From assembly GCA_028534125.1 (NCBI GenBank), contig CM052817.1, positions 64,606,001-64,670,000 on the forward strand: a stretch of DNA of 64,000 nt, given 5' to 3'. Origin of the DNA: Lama glama. Its lineage: Eukaryota. A program made the position numbers and the translations under genes. Below the pieces are notes generated by a model, which ran no database searches, had not been told where the DNA came from, and was given only the letters and a program-made list of their open reading frames with translations. Within the stretch, counting starts at the first letter, position 1; every line of letters starts with the position of its first letter. This document shows positions 43,437-56,400 of the stretch, piece after piece.

Positions 43437-44033
43437 CTAAGAATATCTGCTTCCCCAGAAACTTCCGGGGGAGAAGGTGGTGGCATAAACTTTTTTTTTA
43501 AAATGGTAACAAAACAATCAAATTGAATATTTGGCAAGTTTAATTTTATTGAACAATTTTAACAGGCATTTAAAAGCATTTACTAACTTGGCTACATATT
43601 AACACAAATTGAAAGAATTTAGAGCTTTGATTTGTTGTCTGTTTTTTAAAAGTAAATCCTAGCTTGAAATTCTAAAGACTATAATACAGGCAGCAGGCAG
43701 AGAAGTGACAGTAATACTTTTGCTGAGTGTCTACTTTGCATCAAGTACCTGTGGTTACTCTCTGCATTGTACACGAGGAACAGGTTTACAGAAGTTAAGC
43801 CATTGCTCAAGGTCACTGAGTTAGTAAGTGGATGCCTATCTGATTCTAAAGCCCATGTTTTCTATGACTGCATCATTCTGCCTTTTCATTTAATGAAACA
43901 TACTCTAAGGGTTAGCATACTGAAAGGCAAAGAAAGATTTTTCTTCATTTTCCTCGGACCATGCTTCTACCTTTTCCCATTTCTAGTTAAAATAGTTATT
44001 TTTCCCTTCTTCTATTAGGATAATTCTTATCTA

Positions 44034-44405
<372 letters not shown>

Positions 44406-44516
44406 CTAATAGTAAAGACAGTCTATAAGGTACGCATTCCACAAGAGTCAAGGAAATCATCAGGTTTCTTACAGATTTGGCCAATTTCACTATTCCAGTA
44501 AAGCTCCGTTGTATCA

Positions 44517-44843
<327 letters not shown>

Positions 44844-45554
44844 TCAATTTAAAAAATAATGACCAGTAAACAGTTAGAAAGTGTGCTAAGACCAAAAGTC
44901 TAACTTCCAATATATTTATTAATATTTAGCAATGCCTTATTAGGGACATTTACAAGAGATTTATAATCTTAGCTATCTTTTTCAACATTCAATATCCTTC
45001 TGGATTTTACTGTCAGAATACTGAAATAATTTTAACAGGTACAACTTATGGATCAGATGAAGTAATTTTAAAATTCCATCATAAAACTCTGTGAGCAAAT
45101 ATAACTTCGTAAGCTTAAAGCCAAAACCAGCATCTGTACAGCAGAGATTACAAGCAATCATCCAGATCAGCTGATGAAAATAGATGGCCAAACTGGCTAA
45201 TTTAGATCTTTTAGGAGGCCTATTTCAAAAGCGTACAGTCCTCACAGACAGATTCAAGCTATTTTTTCACTTTGTTTTTTGCCTGTGTAGTTGGTTACAC
45301 CAATAAAGGAAAAATAAATACACCTCACAAATGCAACCGATATAATACTAACAAAAATTATGTTTGATATTCTGAACAGATAGATGATATAATGTCTTGC
45401 TTAGGAATATGGGCTGTAAAAGCAAACATGCTTGGGTTCAAATTCCATGTGATCTTGGGCAAGAGAGTTAACTTTTGTGCCTTAGTTTCCTCACTAGAAA
45501 ATCAGAGAAACCATCTCTCTTTCTTACAGATTGCTATGAAAATCAAATGAGAGG

Positions 45555-46035
45555 AGTGTATCCTATGACTCAGCAATTCCAATCCTAGGAAAGTACCCAA
45601 GACAAAATTGTGCATACGTCTACCAAGAGACATGCATGAATGCTCATAGCAGTATTAATCACAACAGGCCCAAACTGGGAGCAGTGTAAATGTCCATGAA
45701 CAGGAGAATGGGTAAACAGTGACATTTGGAATGGAATATGGCAGAAGCAAAAGAGAACCACTCATGCATACAGCAACTTGGATACACCTCACAGACATCA
45801 TGGATGAAAGACGCCAGACAAAAGAGCACATACTGTATAATTCTGTTCATGCAGAATTGAGGGAGGCAGGTATTGACCTGTAAGGTACTTGAAGAACTTT
45901 GTGGGCTGCTAGAAGGGTTCTCTATCTTGATCTGGTTGTAACCATTAGGTGTGTATATGTATAAAAACTCGTTGAGTGTACACTTAAGATTTGTATATTT
46001 TAATTACTTTGTTATATGTATGTTCTACTTCAGTA
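45555..46035 (+). mobile_element. Old L1 (L1ME/MC-like) 3' end in ADH5 intron 4, next to a MIR fragment (about 45400-45555)
   Basis: CCTATGACTCAGCAATTCCAATCCTAGG translates to the ORF2 PYDSAIPILG motif, followed by a 3' UTR and A tail. Confidence 0.75.
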
Positions 46036-46515
46036 AAAAAGATAAAAAAGTTGCGAACGAACACAAGATCTTAAATGCCTCAAAGAAGTTTTTTAAGTGC
46101 TATTACCTTGCTACAATAAAATAACGACTTTTTCTGTGTTAAGAGCATTGTGTTATCTCTTATACTCTTGCCAAAACCTTATGAGGTAAGTTTTATTACT
46201 TTCATTTTATGGACAATTAAAATGGCTTATAAAAATGACTCCATTAAAAAAAAAATGACTCCATTTAATTTCGTAAACATGTCCCTCCTTATTATACATT
46301 TAGGCAAATTTAGCCTAGGGTTACGGAACGAGAATGAGTTCAAAAAATTGTTATATATCTTAACAGCTGATGATGCTGGGCAAACAACTCCATTTCTGGG
46401 TCTACATTTTCTCTTCTATGAATATGGTGATATCAGTGACAACAACAGGTTGCCATAAAGATGGAATAAAAAAATTCACGGAGGATGACGCTCTGTACAA
46501 ATTGCCACATAATTA

Positions 46516-46686
<171 letters not shown>

Positions 46687-46714
46687 TCATCCTGAATAAG
46701 CAGCATCCGTTTCT

Positions 46715-46909
46715 TTTTTCTCATTTTTTTTATTATCATTTTTTAACTGAAGTATAGTTGATTAACAATGCTGTGTTAGTTTCTGGTGTACAGCATAGTG
46801 ATTCAGTTATACATATATATATTCTTTATTGCATTCTTTTTTATTGTAGGTTACTACAAATTACTGAATATAGTTCCCTGTGCTATACAGTAGGACCTTG
46901 TTGTTAGGT
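46715..46909 (-). mobile_element. 5'-truncated young L1 3' end in ADH5 intron 3, sense to ADH5
   Basis: L1 3' UTR motifs (ACAGGGAACTATATTCA; GACT/AACTATACTTCA plus A tail). TSD AGCATC[C/T]GTTTCT at 46702-46714 and 46910-46922. Confidence 0.8.
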
Positions 46910-47225
46910 AGCATCTGTTTCTAAATGAATACATCAGCCACTGCAAATTCCCATTCCTGTCAACTCAGTTTGCAACGTTAACAACTTAAAAGGCTTAGAA
47001 CTTTACCTACATAACATCATTTAGACACTGCCTGACTATGCAAAAAATACAAGTTTCAAAATTTTTATTCATATGAAACTCTTAAAACAGTAAGTGGAGA
47101 ACAAGGAGGTCATGTGTTTCATAATACTGACTTGACACATCTTTAAAAATTCTTGCTTAATTGGGGAAAATTTGCTTTGGAAATGTACTTAAACCATTTC
47201 AGATAAACAGCAGTCTGAAAAATCA

Positions 47226-47555
<330 letters not shown>

Positions 47556-47619
47556 CTAAGTGTGTGTGCATGCAATTCAGAGTGAGGCATAGGTCAAAGT
47601 AAAGACATTTTTATTTTAA

Positions 47620-47780
47620 TAGCATATTTTACAGATTGTAAGATACGTTTCTTTCTTATTTTAACCTCTCTAAAATCAGCATGTGCTTATAATCTATGGC
47701 ATCTTAACAATTAGAACTGGCAATATTTCTTAGTAGTACATCAAAGTAATGGTGCATTTATAGGCAGTGGAACATGGTAT
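47620..47780. mobile_element. Small old DNA transposon (MER104-like)
   Basis: GATTGTAAGATAC...TTTCTTAGTAGTACATCAAAGTAATGGTGCAT...ACATGGTA resembles the recalled MER104 consensus. Confidence 0.45.
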
Positions 47781-49119
47781 GTCTATTCTCCTTTTCAGTG
47801 AAGAGAAGGTAAACAAGGTGATTTACGGGCACTGTGCCTTCTTCAGGTGTGGAGAGGAAGGAACATTACCTACATGCAAAAGCAGGTAGAGCCCATCTCA
47901 CTGCTGGTCTCCTCATGACTGCTGGGAAATGCAACGTCCAAAAAGGTACTATTTCTAAAATATGCCAGCCTGCTTGGTTGGGGCCAAAACTCAGAGCTTT
48001 CAGTGGAACCAACTCCCCTTCTAGCAATCATACACAATTTCTACTTAAATAAGCCTTTTAACCTGACCTCTGGCTTTCAAGCGTCTCTTATCTTTCCAAA
48101 CTACCAGAAGTACAGAAAGGAAAAGTCTTGGGACTATTTGTATTTATGCTTCCCTGCTTCTCACCTATGTACTCAATTACAACATAACACTCTTAGCTTT
48201 TTTTTTTTTTTTTTTTTAGCAGTTTCCCAGGGAAGGCAGCTGAACTCAGAGTACCCTATACAGCTCATTCTAGTACATCCAGGACCAACATTTTCTTCTT
48301 CAGTAGCAAAATCACAATCAGGTTGATTTCTAAACTTAAAGAAAAATATACAAACTATTCTAAGATTTCAGATTCCTGCATCTGGGTTGAAAGGATCTTA
48401 AAAAGTTATCTGGTCCCGGGCTTCTCAACCTTTTACGTGTGATCCCTGGGAGCATGAGCACTGGAGGTAGGATAGGGGAAGTATACTCCGATTCACAGCA
48501 AGAAAGTTTTTTTCTAGAATGTTAGTTTCACTCAGTGGTCACTACTTTAAAGCATTCATTTTATAGCAAAACAAGTACAGAATAGAATGCCAGAACATCC
48601 AGCTGGCTGCCTTGTGAAATGTGCCTCTCTCCAGCGGTAACTTCAATTTCTCTGCCACGGTAGAGGTTGAGAAGCACTAGAAGAGTGAATCCCCCAAACC
48701 CTGACCTTGTCTCCAAGGGTCAGTACATTTCAAAACTCTAGAAGCAAGCTTACTGCATTTGCTTATTGGTCCAGTAGTTATGAACCTCTTCCCAAGTCTT
48801 ATTCGAAGTGTCTTCTAACAAAACTGAAGACTTTTTTTTTTGTTGTTGTTTCTAATGTGTCATCACACATTTTAAGTTACAGGAGTAGCAGAAAGGGGAG
48901 CATCCTACAAAGTCACCTTAAACCCAGGCTACATTAGATAAACTACAATAATCCAGTGACCCATGGGGAAAGCTGCTCAGACCAACAGCAAAGCTAAGAA
49001 GATGGAGAGCAGTGCTGCAAAGGTGAGAGGGATAAAATAAGAGATTGTGATTCCAAGGTTGGATGACTTCTATTACCTTCCCCTTGACACTGTCCTTTGG
49101 GGTTGATCCTCTGCAGTCA

Positions 49120-49317
<198 letters not shown>

Positions 49318-49563
49318 CTAATAATCAACTACTTATGAGTTAATTTAGATGTTGATGAATGCTAATCTTAGAAAGTATATCACAAATTCACAAAGAAACA
49401 TATACCTCTAAGAGACATGGAACATTGTCTTGCATGCATTTATATTTCATATAAATAACATTCATTAAAAAGAACTGAGATGACCACATGAAGTTCTGTT
49501 CATTGACTATTTCATCATCCTCTACAATGCATAAGTAGTAGCAGGTTAAGAACACAGGTTCCT

Positions 49564-49692
49564 GGGAGTGTGGGTATAGCTCAGTGGTAAGAGCACATGC
49601 TTAGCATGCACAAGGTCCTGGATCAATCCCCGGCATCACCATTAAAAAAAAAAAAAAAAGATTTATGAACCCCCCCCCCCAAAAAACAAAAA
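49564..49692 (+). mobile_element. tRNA-Ala-derived SINE (Vic-1-like, long form) in ADH5 intron 1
   Basis: GGGTATAGCTCAGTGGTAAGAGCACATGCTTAGCATGCACAAGGTCCTGG, followed by an A tract, a C tract and an A-rich tail. Confidence 0.88.
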
Positions 49693-49889
49693 CCAAGTTC
49701 CAAGAGAATCTGATTCAGTATTCTGGCATAGGGCCCAAGGAATCTGAATGCTTAAAATGTGCCCTACGAAATTCTTTTGTTCAGGCTGATTTGAGTAACA
49801 CTGATTTAGTGCAAAACTGCACACTGGGAAGGAGTGTAAGGAGGAGTATCAGAATGGGGGAATTTAAAAAACTACCTCTATTCCTTTTA

Positions 49890-50185
49890 ACAGTGCTATC
49901 CAATAGAGTACACATTTGCCATGTGTGGCTATCCAGCACTTGAAAAATGCCCAGTCTGAACTGAGATAAGCTCTAAGTGTAAAATAAACCCAGATTTTGA
50001 AGACTTAGTATAAAAAAATGAAAATATTTCAATATTTTCAAAACATTGATTACATGTTGAGATAGTATTTTGAATATACTGGGTTAAATTTTAACCCAAT
50101 TCTAATGCCATTTTAACGTGGTTACTAGAAAAGTTTAAATTACGTATGTGTCTCATATTATATTTCTATAATATGGTGCTGCTGT
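49890..50185. mobile_element. MER33-like hAT-Charlie element
   Basis: CAGTGCTATCCAATA...CCATGTGTGGCTATCCAGCACTTGAAA...GATTTTGAAGACTTAGTA. Confidence 0.7.
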
Positions 50186-50759
50186 GAAGATTTTAGTCAG
50201 ATTTACACCCTTCCTTTATCAGAGAATCAAGTGTAATGAGGAAGGTTTGGATCAGTTCACATAATGCTTATGAAATGTGTTGACAGGGTAAAGGTTGCAC
50301 TGGGTTTGGAGACAGACTTGAAAGCTAAGTACAAAAAGTGAGATTTAAACGGAGCGGTACAAAGCTACAGAATGCAAACTGTGGAGAAAAAGTATAACTT
50401 TGGTTGATGGGTTTGGGAAAGCTTCACTTTTAAGTAGGATATCAAAGGATGAAGAGATAGTCACATGAAGATAAAACACCTCTATACAGAGTGTGAGCAG
50501 TGAATGTGAAGCCCCTAATACAGTCCTTGACCCAGTGCAGCTTTGCAAAAATAAGCTGGTACTTTATAGTAGCGGAAGAACAAAGAGTGGAGGAAAAAGA
50601 GAGCTTAACTATATAGATGGATGAGTGGCTTGTGTAAATTGGTGAGGTGATAAAAATGATTACTTTTAAAATTAAAATGTAAATATTAAATCTGATGGTA
50701 AAAATTCATACACTGCATTAGAATCTTTTTTCACTTCAATGCACCATAAATCCTAGGGG

Positions 50760-51500
50760 TTAGGCGCCGGCTACAGCTCTGCCACCTACAAGTGCGACCC
50801 GGGGCGAATTATTTTTGTGTGCGCAAAGCATGGCGGCTCCTAAGCCACTCCGAAGATACCAGGACACTGGCCCCCCTCCCGACTCCGGATCCCCCGACCC
50901 CTACCCCGCTTCTGCTGTCTCAGAAGCATCAAAACTTCCCAGTAAGCAGCTGGAACAAAGCTTCCTCCATTCTTTCCCGGTGAGCCGCTGACCCGAGGCC
51001 CCGTTTCAGCTCCGGTAGCCAGATCTCGTCTCTGGGCTGAGCCCCGCACGACCCCCGAGGCCAGAGGCCCGGTTTTGCCCCATGCTTTCCCTCCCTCCTT
51101 CCTTTCTCGGACTTCGCCCCTGGAGCATCTGGCGATACCTGGTTCGCCATGTCCTCGGATTCCGGTGACCGTAAAGCGGGCGTCCAAGTCCGGGAACGTC
51201 CTCGCGGGGTCCAGGACCTGGGAGGGGCGTGAGACGGGCGCGGTCCCGCCTCCGCTTGCGCGGGGGCGAGCGTGGAGGCGGGGCTTGAACGTGAAGGGCG
51301 GGGCCTGAGGTGCTGCGCGGCCAGCGCGCCCCCTGACGCCCAGGTGGTCTCGCGGGAAGCTGTAGTAGTTTCAAGGCGGCCGGAGGGCGGTGGCTGCTTT
51401 ATGGTGAACCTGACAGGCTCGCTGCAAAGTCTCTGTCCGGAGTTTCCGCGTGTACCGTTAGCCCAGGCAGCGTAGATAAGGCTTACAGGGGAGAGATGTG
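50760..51500 (-). promoter_or_regulatory. ADH5: ADH5 CpG-island, TATA-less promoter with GC boxes
   Basis: High GC and CpG density spanning exon 1. Sp1-type GGCGGGG boxes near 51277 and 51297, TGACG half-CRE at 51334, TCTCGCGGGAA at 51348, YY1-like ATGGCGGC at 50830. Confidence 0.9.
51139..51150 (-). CDS. ADH5: ADH5 exon 1 coding part (MANQ)
   Basis: gacATGG strong Kozak context; ATG GCG AAC CAG|gtatcg; in frame with exon 2. Confidence 0.93.
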
Positions 51501-51699
51501 GAAAGGGAGGAGCCAGGAATTCACTAAAAGCACGTGAGAAACAGTGAGAGGACTACACGGCCTTTGCTCCTTGTACACACTGTGCACGTCTTGAGGACGC
51601 GAGATGAGTAAGACACGGCCCTTCGAGGGAGTCTCTGTCAGCTGGGCTGTGAGAAGAGTGATAAAGGGCTCACAAAGAGGCTCACAGGAAACTTCCCAG

Positions 51700-52160
51700 T
51701 TGACTGGAAGAAAACACAACCGGAGCCCTGTGAGTTGAGTTTATTCGGAATTTACTGAGGACTCCGGCTGGGAAGACAGGCTCTCAGAGAGCTGTGAGGA
51801 ACTGTTCTCAAGGAGGGCGGAGGGGAAGGCCACCATATATGTGATTTTGACCCAGGGGTCCATGTAATCGAGCATATATCCTCTTAGAAGGTTGTTGCTA
51901 GCCGGGAGGAGCAGATATCTAAGTTAATGATTTCTCTGCTTTTCTAAGTAGCAGAAGATGCGAGAATCCAGATTCAGAAAAGTTTCTCTTGGAATATTTC
52001 TAGCTATATAAGGGCCTGTTTGGCCTGTTTTCCCAGAGCCCACAGTGCCTCTTTCCTGATCTGCGCTCTGAATTCCTTCCCTGTAGGTCAGCGACTCTGG
52101 TGGTGGCTAATCAATCAATCCTTGTAGAATCGAATGGTGGGCAACGTTCTTTGTTTTACA
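51700..52160 (-). mobile_element. ERV1-class solo LTR, MER41-like
   Basis: Motif order TTTTATTCGG...ACTGAGGACT...CTCTCAGA...CAGATATCT...GCTTTTCTA...GAAGATGC resembles recalled cetartiodactyl MER41-type LTRs. Minus strand starts TG. Flanked by CCAG at 51696-51699 and 52161-52164. Confidence 0.65.
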
Positions 52161-52419
52161 CCAGGCTTCTGTTCCAGCTGCTGCTGAAGGGTGAGTAGGA
52201 TTTTTGGCGGATGGTCAATAGGACACAGGGAGAGAATTTTGCAAGGAAGGGGGCAGTGGAAAGTCTCTGGGAAGTGGCAGTGTTTGTTGTTTTAAGAGTG
52301 GACCAGACTGTAGGGAGAGGGAGGATGGAGTATTTGCAGTTTACTCTGAAAACTCTGTTGTGGATGCTGAGTTTTTAATTTTTTTTTTTTGGATGCTGAA
52401 TTTTATTAAAATGACTCTA

Positions 52420-53320
52420 CTGGGCAGACTCCTCTCTTCTTTGATGTTCAGTCTTTTTCATGGCTCCTTTTCCTTGGTTTATAACTTAAGGGTTGGTGCT
52501 CTCAAAAACCCTATCCAAAATCTTTCCCTTCACTCCACTCTCTCATCCACATCATGGCTTTTAACTTCTTTTTATGAATCAGAATGGCTCCCAGTAAACT
52601 CCAGACTTGGGCACACAACTGCCTACTAGACTTCTGTCTCTATTAGGATGTTTTACAATTGTCTCAGACTCATCTTGTCTGGAACTCATCCTGTCATCCT
52701 TTTTTTAAAGGTACTTTTTTTTCTTTGTATGGTATCACCATTTACTTACTTGCCCCAGTAGAAACCTGGGAATCACAGCTTCTCTCTCCCTCAGCCCCTG
52801 CATTCATTCTGTCACCAAACCTTAAAGACCTCTCACATCTTGTACCTCCTCTCTGTCCCCACTACTGCTGCCTTAGTTCAGACTCTTGTGATTTCTTATA
52901 TGGTTTCTGATAAAGCCTCCCATGTGATTTCCTTGTTGCCAGGCCTCTGAATCTGATGTACTTCTAAATGAATGCCCTTTTAGCAATATTTCCAAAGCAT
53001 ACATCAATCCATGCCATTTCTTTTCACCTTTAATAATTTTTGAATGATATAGTTTATAAGTAAATAAATGTCATTCTTCTATTTAAAAATCTTCAAGAGT
53101 TGAGAGAGGGCTAAAATCTGAACTCTGTAGTGAGGCCAGCTAGGCCTTGTGTAACCTGGTTTATTATGCTTATCTCTCCATCCTTATTTTCTGCTATTCC
53201 ACCACATAAGTCTTGCTTCAGTCTTGTGGAACATTTGTATTTCCTTAAAAGGGCTCTTCTCTTTCTTGACTCCAGGCCTTTGTATATGATAGAACTTCTG
53301 CTTGGAATGCAGCAAGGCTC
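52420..53320 (+). mobile_element. L2 LINE remnant
   Basis: L2-like motifs (AACTGCCTACTAGAC, ATGGTATCACCAT, AGAAACCTGGGAATC); highly decayed. Confidence 0.55.
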
Positions 53321-53443
53321 TTTCCAGTGAAGAAAGAGTTTTTAGCAGAAAGTTAATTTTCTTTTCCCTATTGCAGATATATTGTGTATCTTCTGGGAAG
53401 AAACATTTGCATTTTTATGGTACCTTGCTTGAAATAATGGACA

Positions 53444-56400
53444 GGACTTCTAGTTTCCGGTCTGGCATCTAAGGTGATTAGAAGTCATCACTCCATCCTA
53501 ACAAGTAAAAAAGCTCAACCAATTGAAAAATCCAGACTCTTCTCTGATCCATCAGAGAAGTGAGATCACAGGGAAAACCGCTGACCCCAGAACTGGAGAG
53601 ACATACAGATACAGACATCACAGCTTACTGGAGCAGAAACCCACCTCCGTGGAAACCAGTATTGGAGCTGGAAAATGTGATGCATAATTGGTGAATTGCT
53701 GGAGGCTTAGTGTGGATAAGTCTGAGAGTTAAAAACTCCAGAGAAATCCAGTCACGGAGGACCCTTACACTTTTGTGACTTTTATCTCTAGATGCTTTAC
53801 CAGGATCAGAGAAGAATTCCCTCTTTCTTGCAGGGGAAGGGGAAAAGGAACCGTTTTGAAATGTGCCAGAGCAATCTGTTTTTCTTAAATAGGCTTGCCC
53901 TCAATAGAGACTGTTTTACCAGAGTCTGACCTACTGAGGTGTTAACAGAGTTTAACTGACATTGGGGAAGAGAAATACCCAACTGCAGCCCCCTTTAGAC
54001 ATCCTGTACCACCTGAGGAGGTGAAATTGAGAAGAAATCACAAAATTCACAATCCAGGGACACAGGCTTACTAAAAGACTGAGATCTAATCATAAGACTA
54101 TAGAAACCTTCCCCTTCTCCCACACCTTACTACTTACCACTATCACGACAAAGGCCTGTTTACCACCTTTCTACCCAGTAAGTGTATCATGTCTGCCTTT
54201 GAACAAAAAATGACAAGGTATACTAAAAGGCAAAAAGCACAGTTTGAAGACACAGAACAAGAACCTGACTTTGATACGGCAGGGATTTTGACATTATCAA
54301 GGATTTAAAACAACAATGATTAATATGCTAAGGGCTCTAATGGGAAAACAAACAACATGCAAGAACAGATGGATCATGTAAGCAGGGAGATGGAAATTCT
54401 AAGAAAGAAAGAAAAAGAAATACTAGAAATTAAAACCACTGAAATGGAATTGGAGAATGCCTCTGATGGGCTTATTTGAGGATCATATATAGCTGAGGAA
54501 AGGATCTGCTAGTTTGAGGATATGTCAATAGAAACTTCTCAAACTGAAAAGCAAGGACAAAACAGATTGAAATAAATGGAAAAGTGTATCTAGGAACTAT
54601 GGGATAATTGCAAAAGATATAACATACACATAATGGAAATGCCAAAAGAAGGAGAAAGGAACAGAAGCAGTATTTAGAGCAATAATGATTGAAAATTTTC
54701 TCAAGTTAATGTCAGACACCAAACCACAGATCAAAGAAGCTCAGGAAACACTAAGGAGACTAATGCAAAACAAAGAAACAAACAAAAAACAAACAAAAAA
54801 ACCCCAAACCAAACTAAACAAAAAGACCCATACACCTAGGAATAATATATTCAAACTACAGAAAATCAAAGATAAAGGAAAAAATCTTGAAAGAAGCCAG
54901 AGGGAAAAAACACCTTACCAAAAGAGGAGCAAAAATAAGAATTACATCCAATTTATCCTCAGAAACAATCCAAGCAAAAATATACTGAAATGAAATATGT
55001 AAGTGTTGAGGGAAAAAAACTTTCCAATCTAGAATTCTGTATCCTGTGACTTTATCCCTTAAAAGTGAAGGAGAAATAAAGGCTTTCTTAGATAAACATT
55101 GAGGAACTTTGTTGCCAGACTTGTCTTGCAAGAAATATTAAATAGATTCTTCAGAGAGAAGGAAAGTGATTCAGGTCAGAAAATCAGATCCAGGTAAAGA
55201 AAAGAAGGGCGTTAGAAAATTAATAAGTCAGAATAAAATTACAACTTTTATTTTTCTTTGTTGATTTAACAGATAACAGTTTGTTCAAGATAATAACAGC
55301 AAAAATATTTGATGATCATAGTTATATATAATTGAAATAGATGACAGCAATGATACAAGGGAAGTGAGGGAGGAATTAGGATTATATTGACTGTTATTGT
55401 AAGGTATTAACACTACCAGTGAAGCTGTATAGTGCTATTTGAAAGTGAACCTGGATTAGTTGTAAATATATACTGCAAAGTCTAGGGCAGCCACTAAATT
55501 AAAATTTTTTTTTGTGCCACTAAAATAAAAAAAAAAGAATTACAGTTGATATGCTAAGAAAGAAGAGAAAATGGGATCATGTGAAATACTGCATTAACAC
55601 CACAGAAGGCAGAAAAAGAGTGATAACGAAGAAGAGCAACAAGTAGAAAACAGTAACAAACATGATAGGTAGTAATCCAACTGTATCAGTGATCATTTTA
55701 AATGCTGCTAGTCTAAATGCATCAATTAAAAGACAGATTGTCAGTGTGAATCAAAAAACAAGTCCCAAATATATGTTATATACCAAAAAAAACTCACTTT
55801 AAATATAGAGACACATATAGATCGAGAGTAAAAGGATGGAGAAAGATAACAATACTAACACTAATCAAAAGCTAGAGTAGTTAGATTAATTTCAGACAGC
55901 AGATTCAAAGCAAGAAGTTTGAGGTATAAAGAGAGGCATTACATAATGATAAAGGGGTAGTTTGCCAAGAAGACATGATAATCTTTAATGTGTATGTGTC
56001 TAAAAAACAGCCCCATAATACATGAGGCAAAAACTGCTAGAACTGTAAGGAGAAATAGATTCACTGTAACAGTTGGACTTCAACATCCCTCTATCAGAAA
56101 TGGACAGGCCTAGCAGGCAGAAAATCAGTAAGGATATGTTGAATTCAACAGCACCATCAACCACCTGGATATAATTGATATCAATGGACTATTTTATCCA
56201 ACAACAGCATAATACATTTTCTTCTCAATGTCACATGAAACATCCAACAAGATAGATCACTTTCTGTGCCATAAAACATACCTTAACAAACTTAAAAGAA
56301 TAAAAATACAATGTATGTTCTTTGACCACAATGGAATTAAAGATAGCTGGAAAATCTGAAAATATATGAAATTAAACCATACACTTCTAAATAATACATG

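Noticed and set aside
49571..49641. tRNA-Ala(AGC) gene
   Set aside because: Damaged T-arm/B box, A-rich tail and multiple similar dispersed copies indicate a SINE.
50792..51475. Several overlapping 63-122 aa ORFs
   Set aside because: Stop-poor CpG island. Only the 12-nt MANQ exon is supported by splice and frame evidence.
54685..55131. ORFs of 102 and 91 aa
   Set aside because: Disrupted L1 ORF1 and its antisense.
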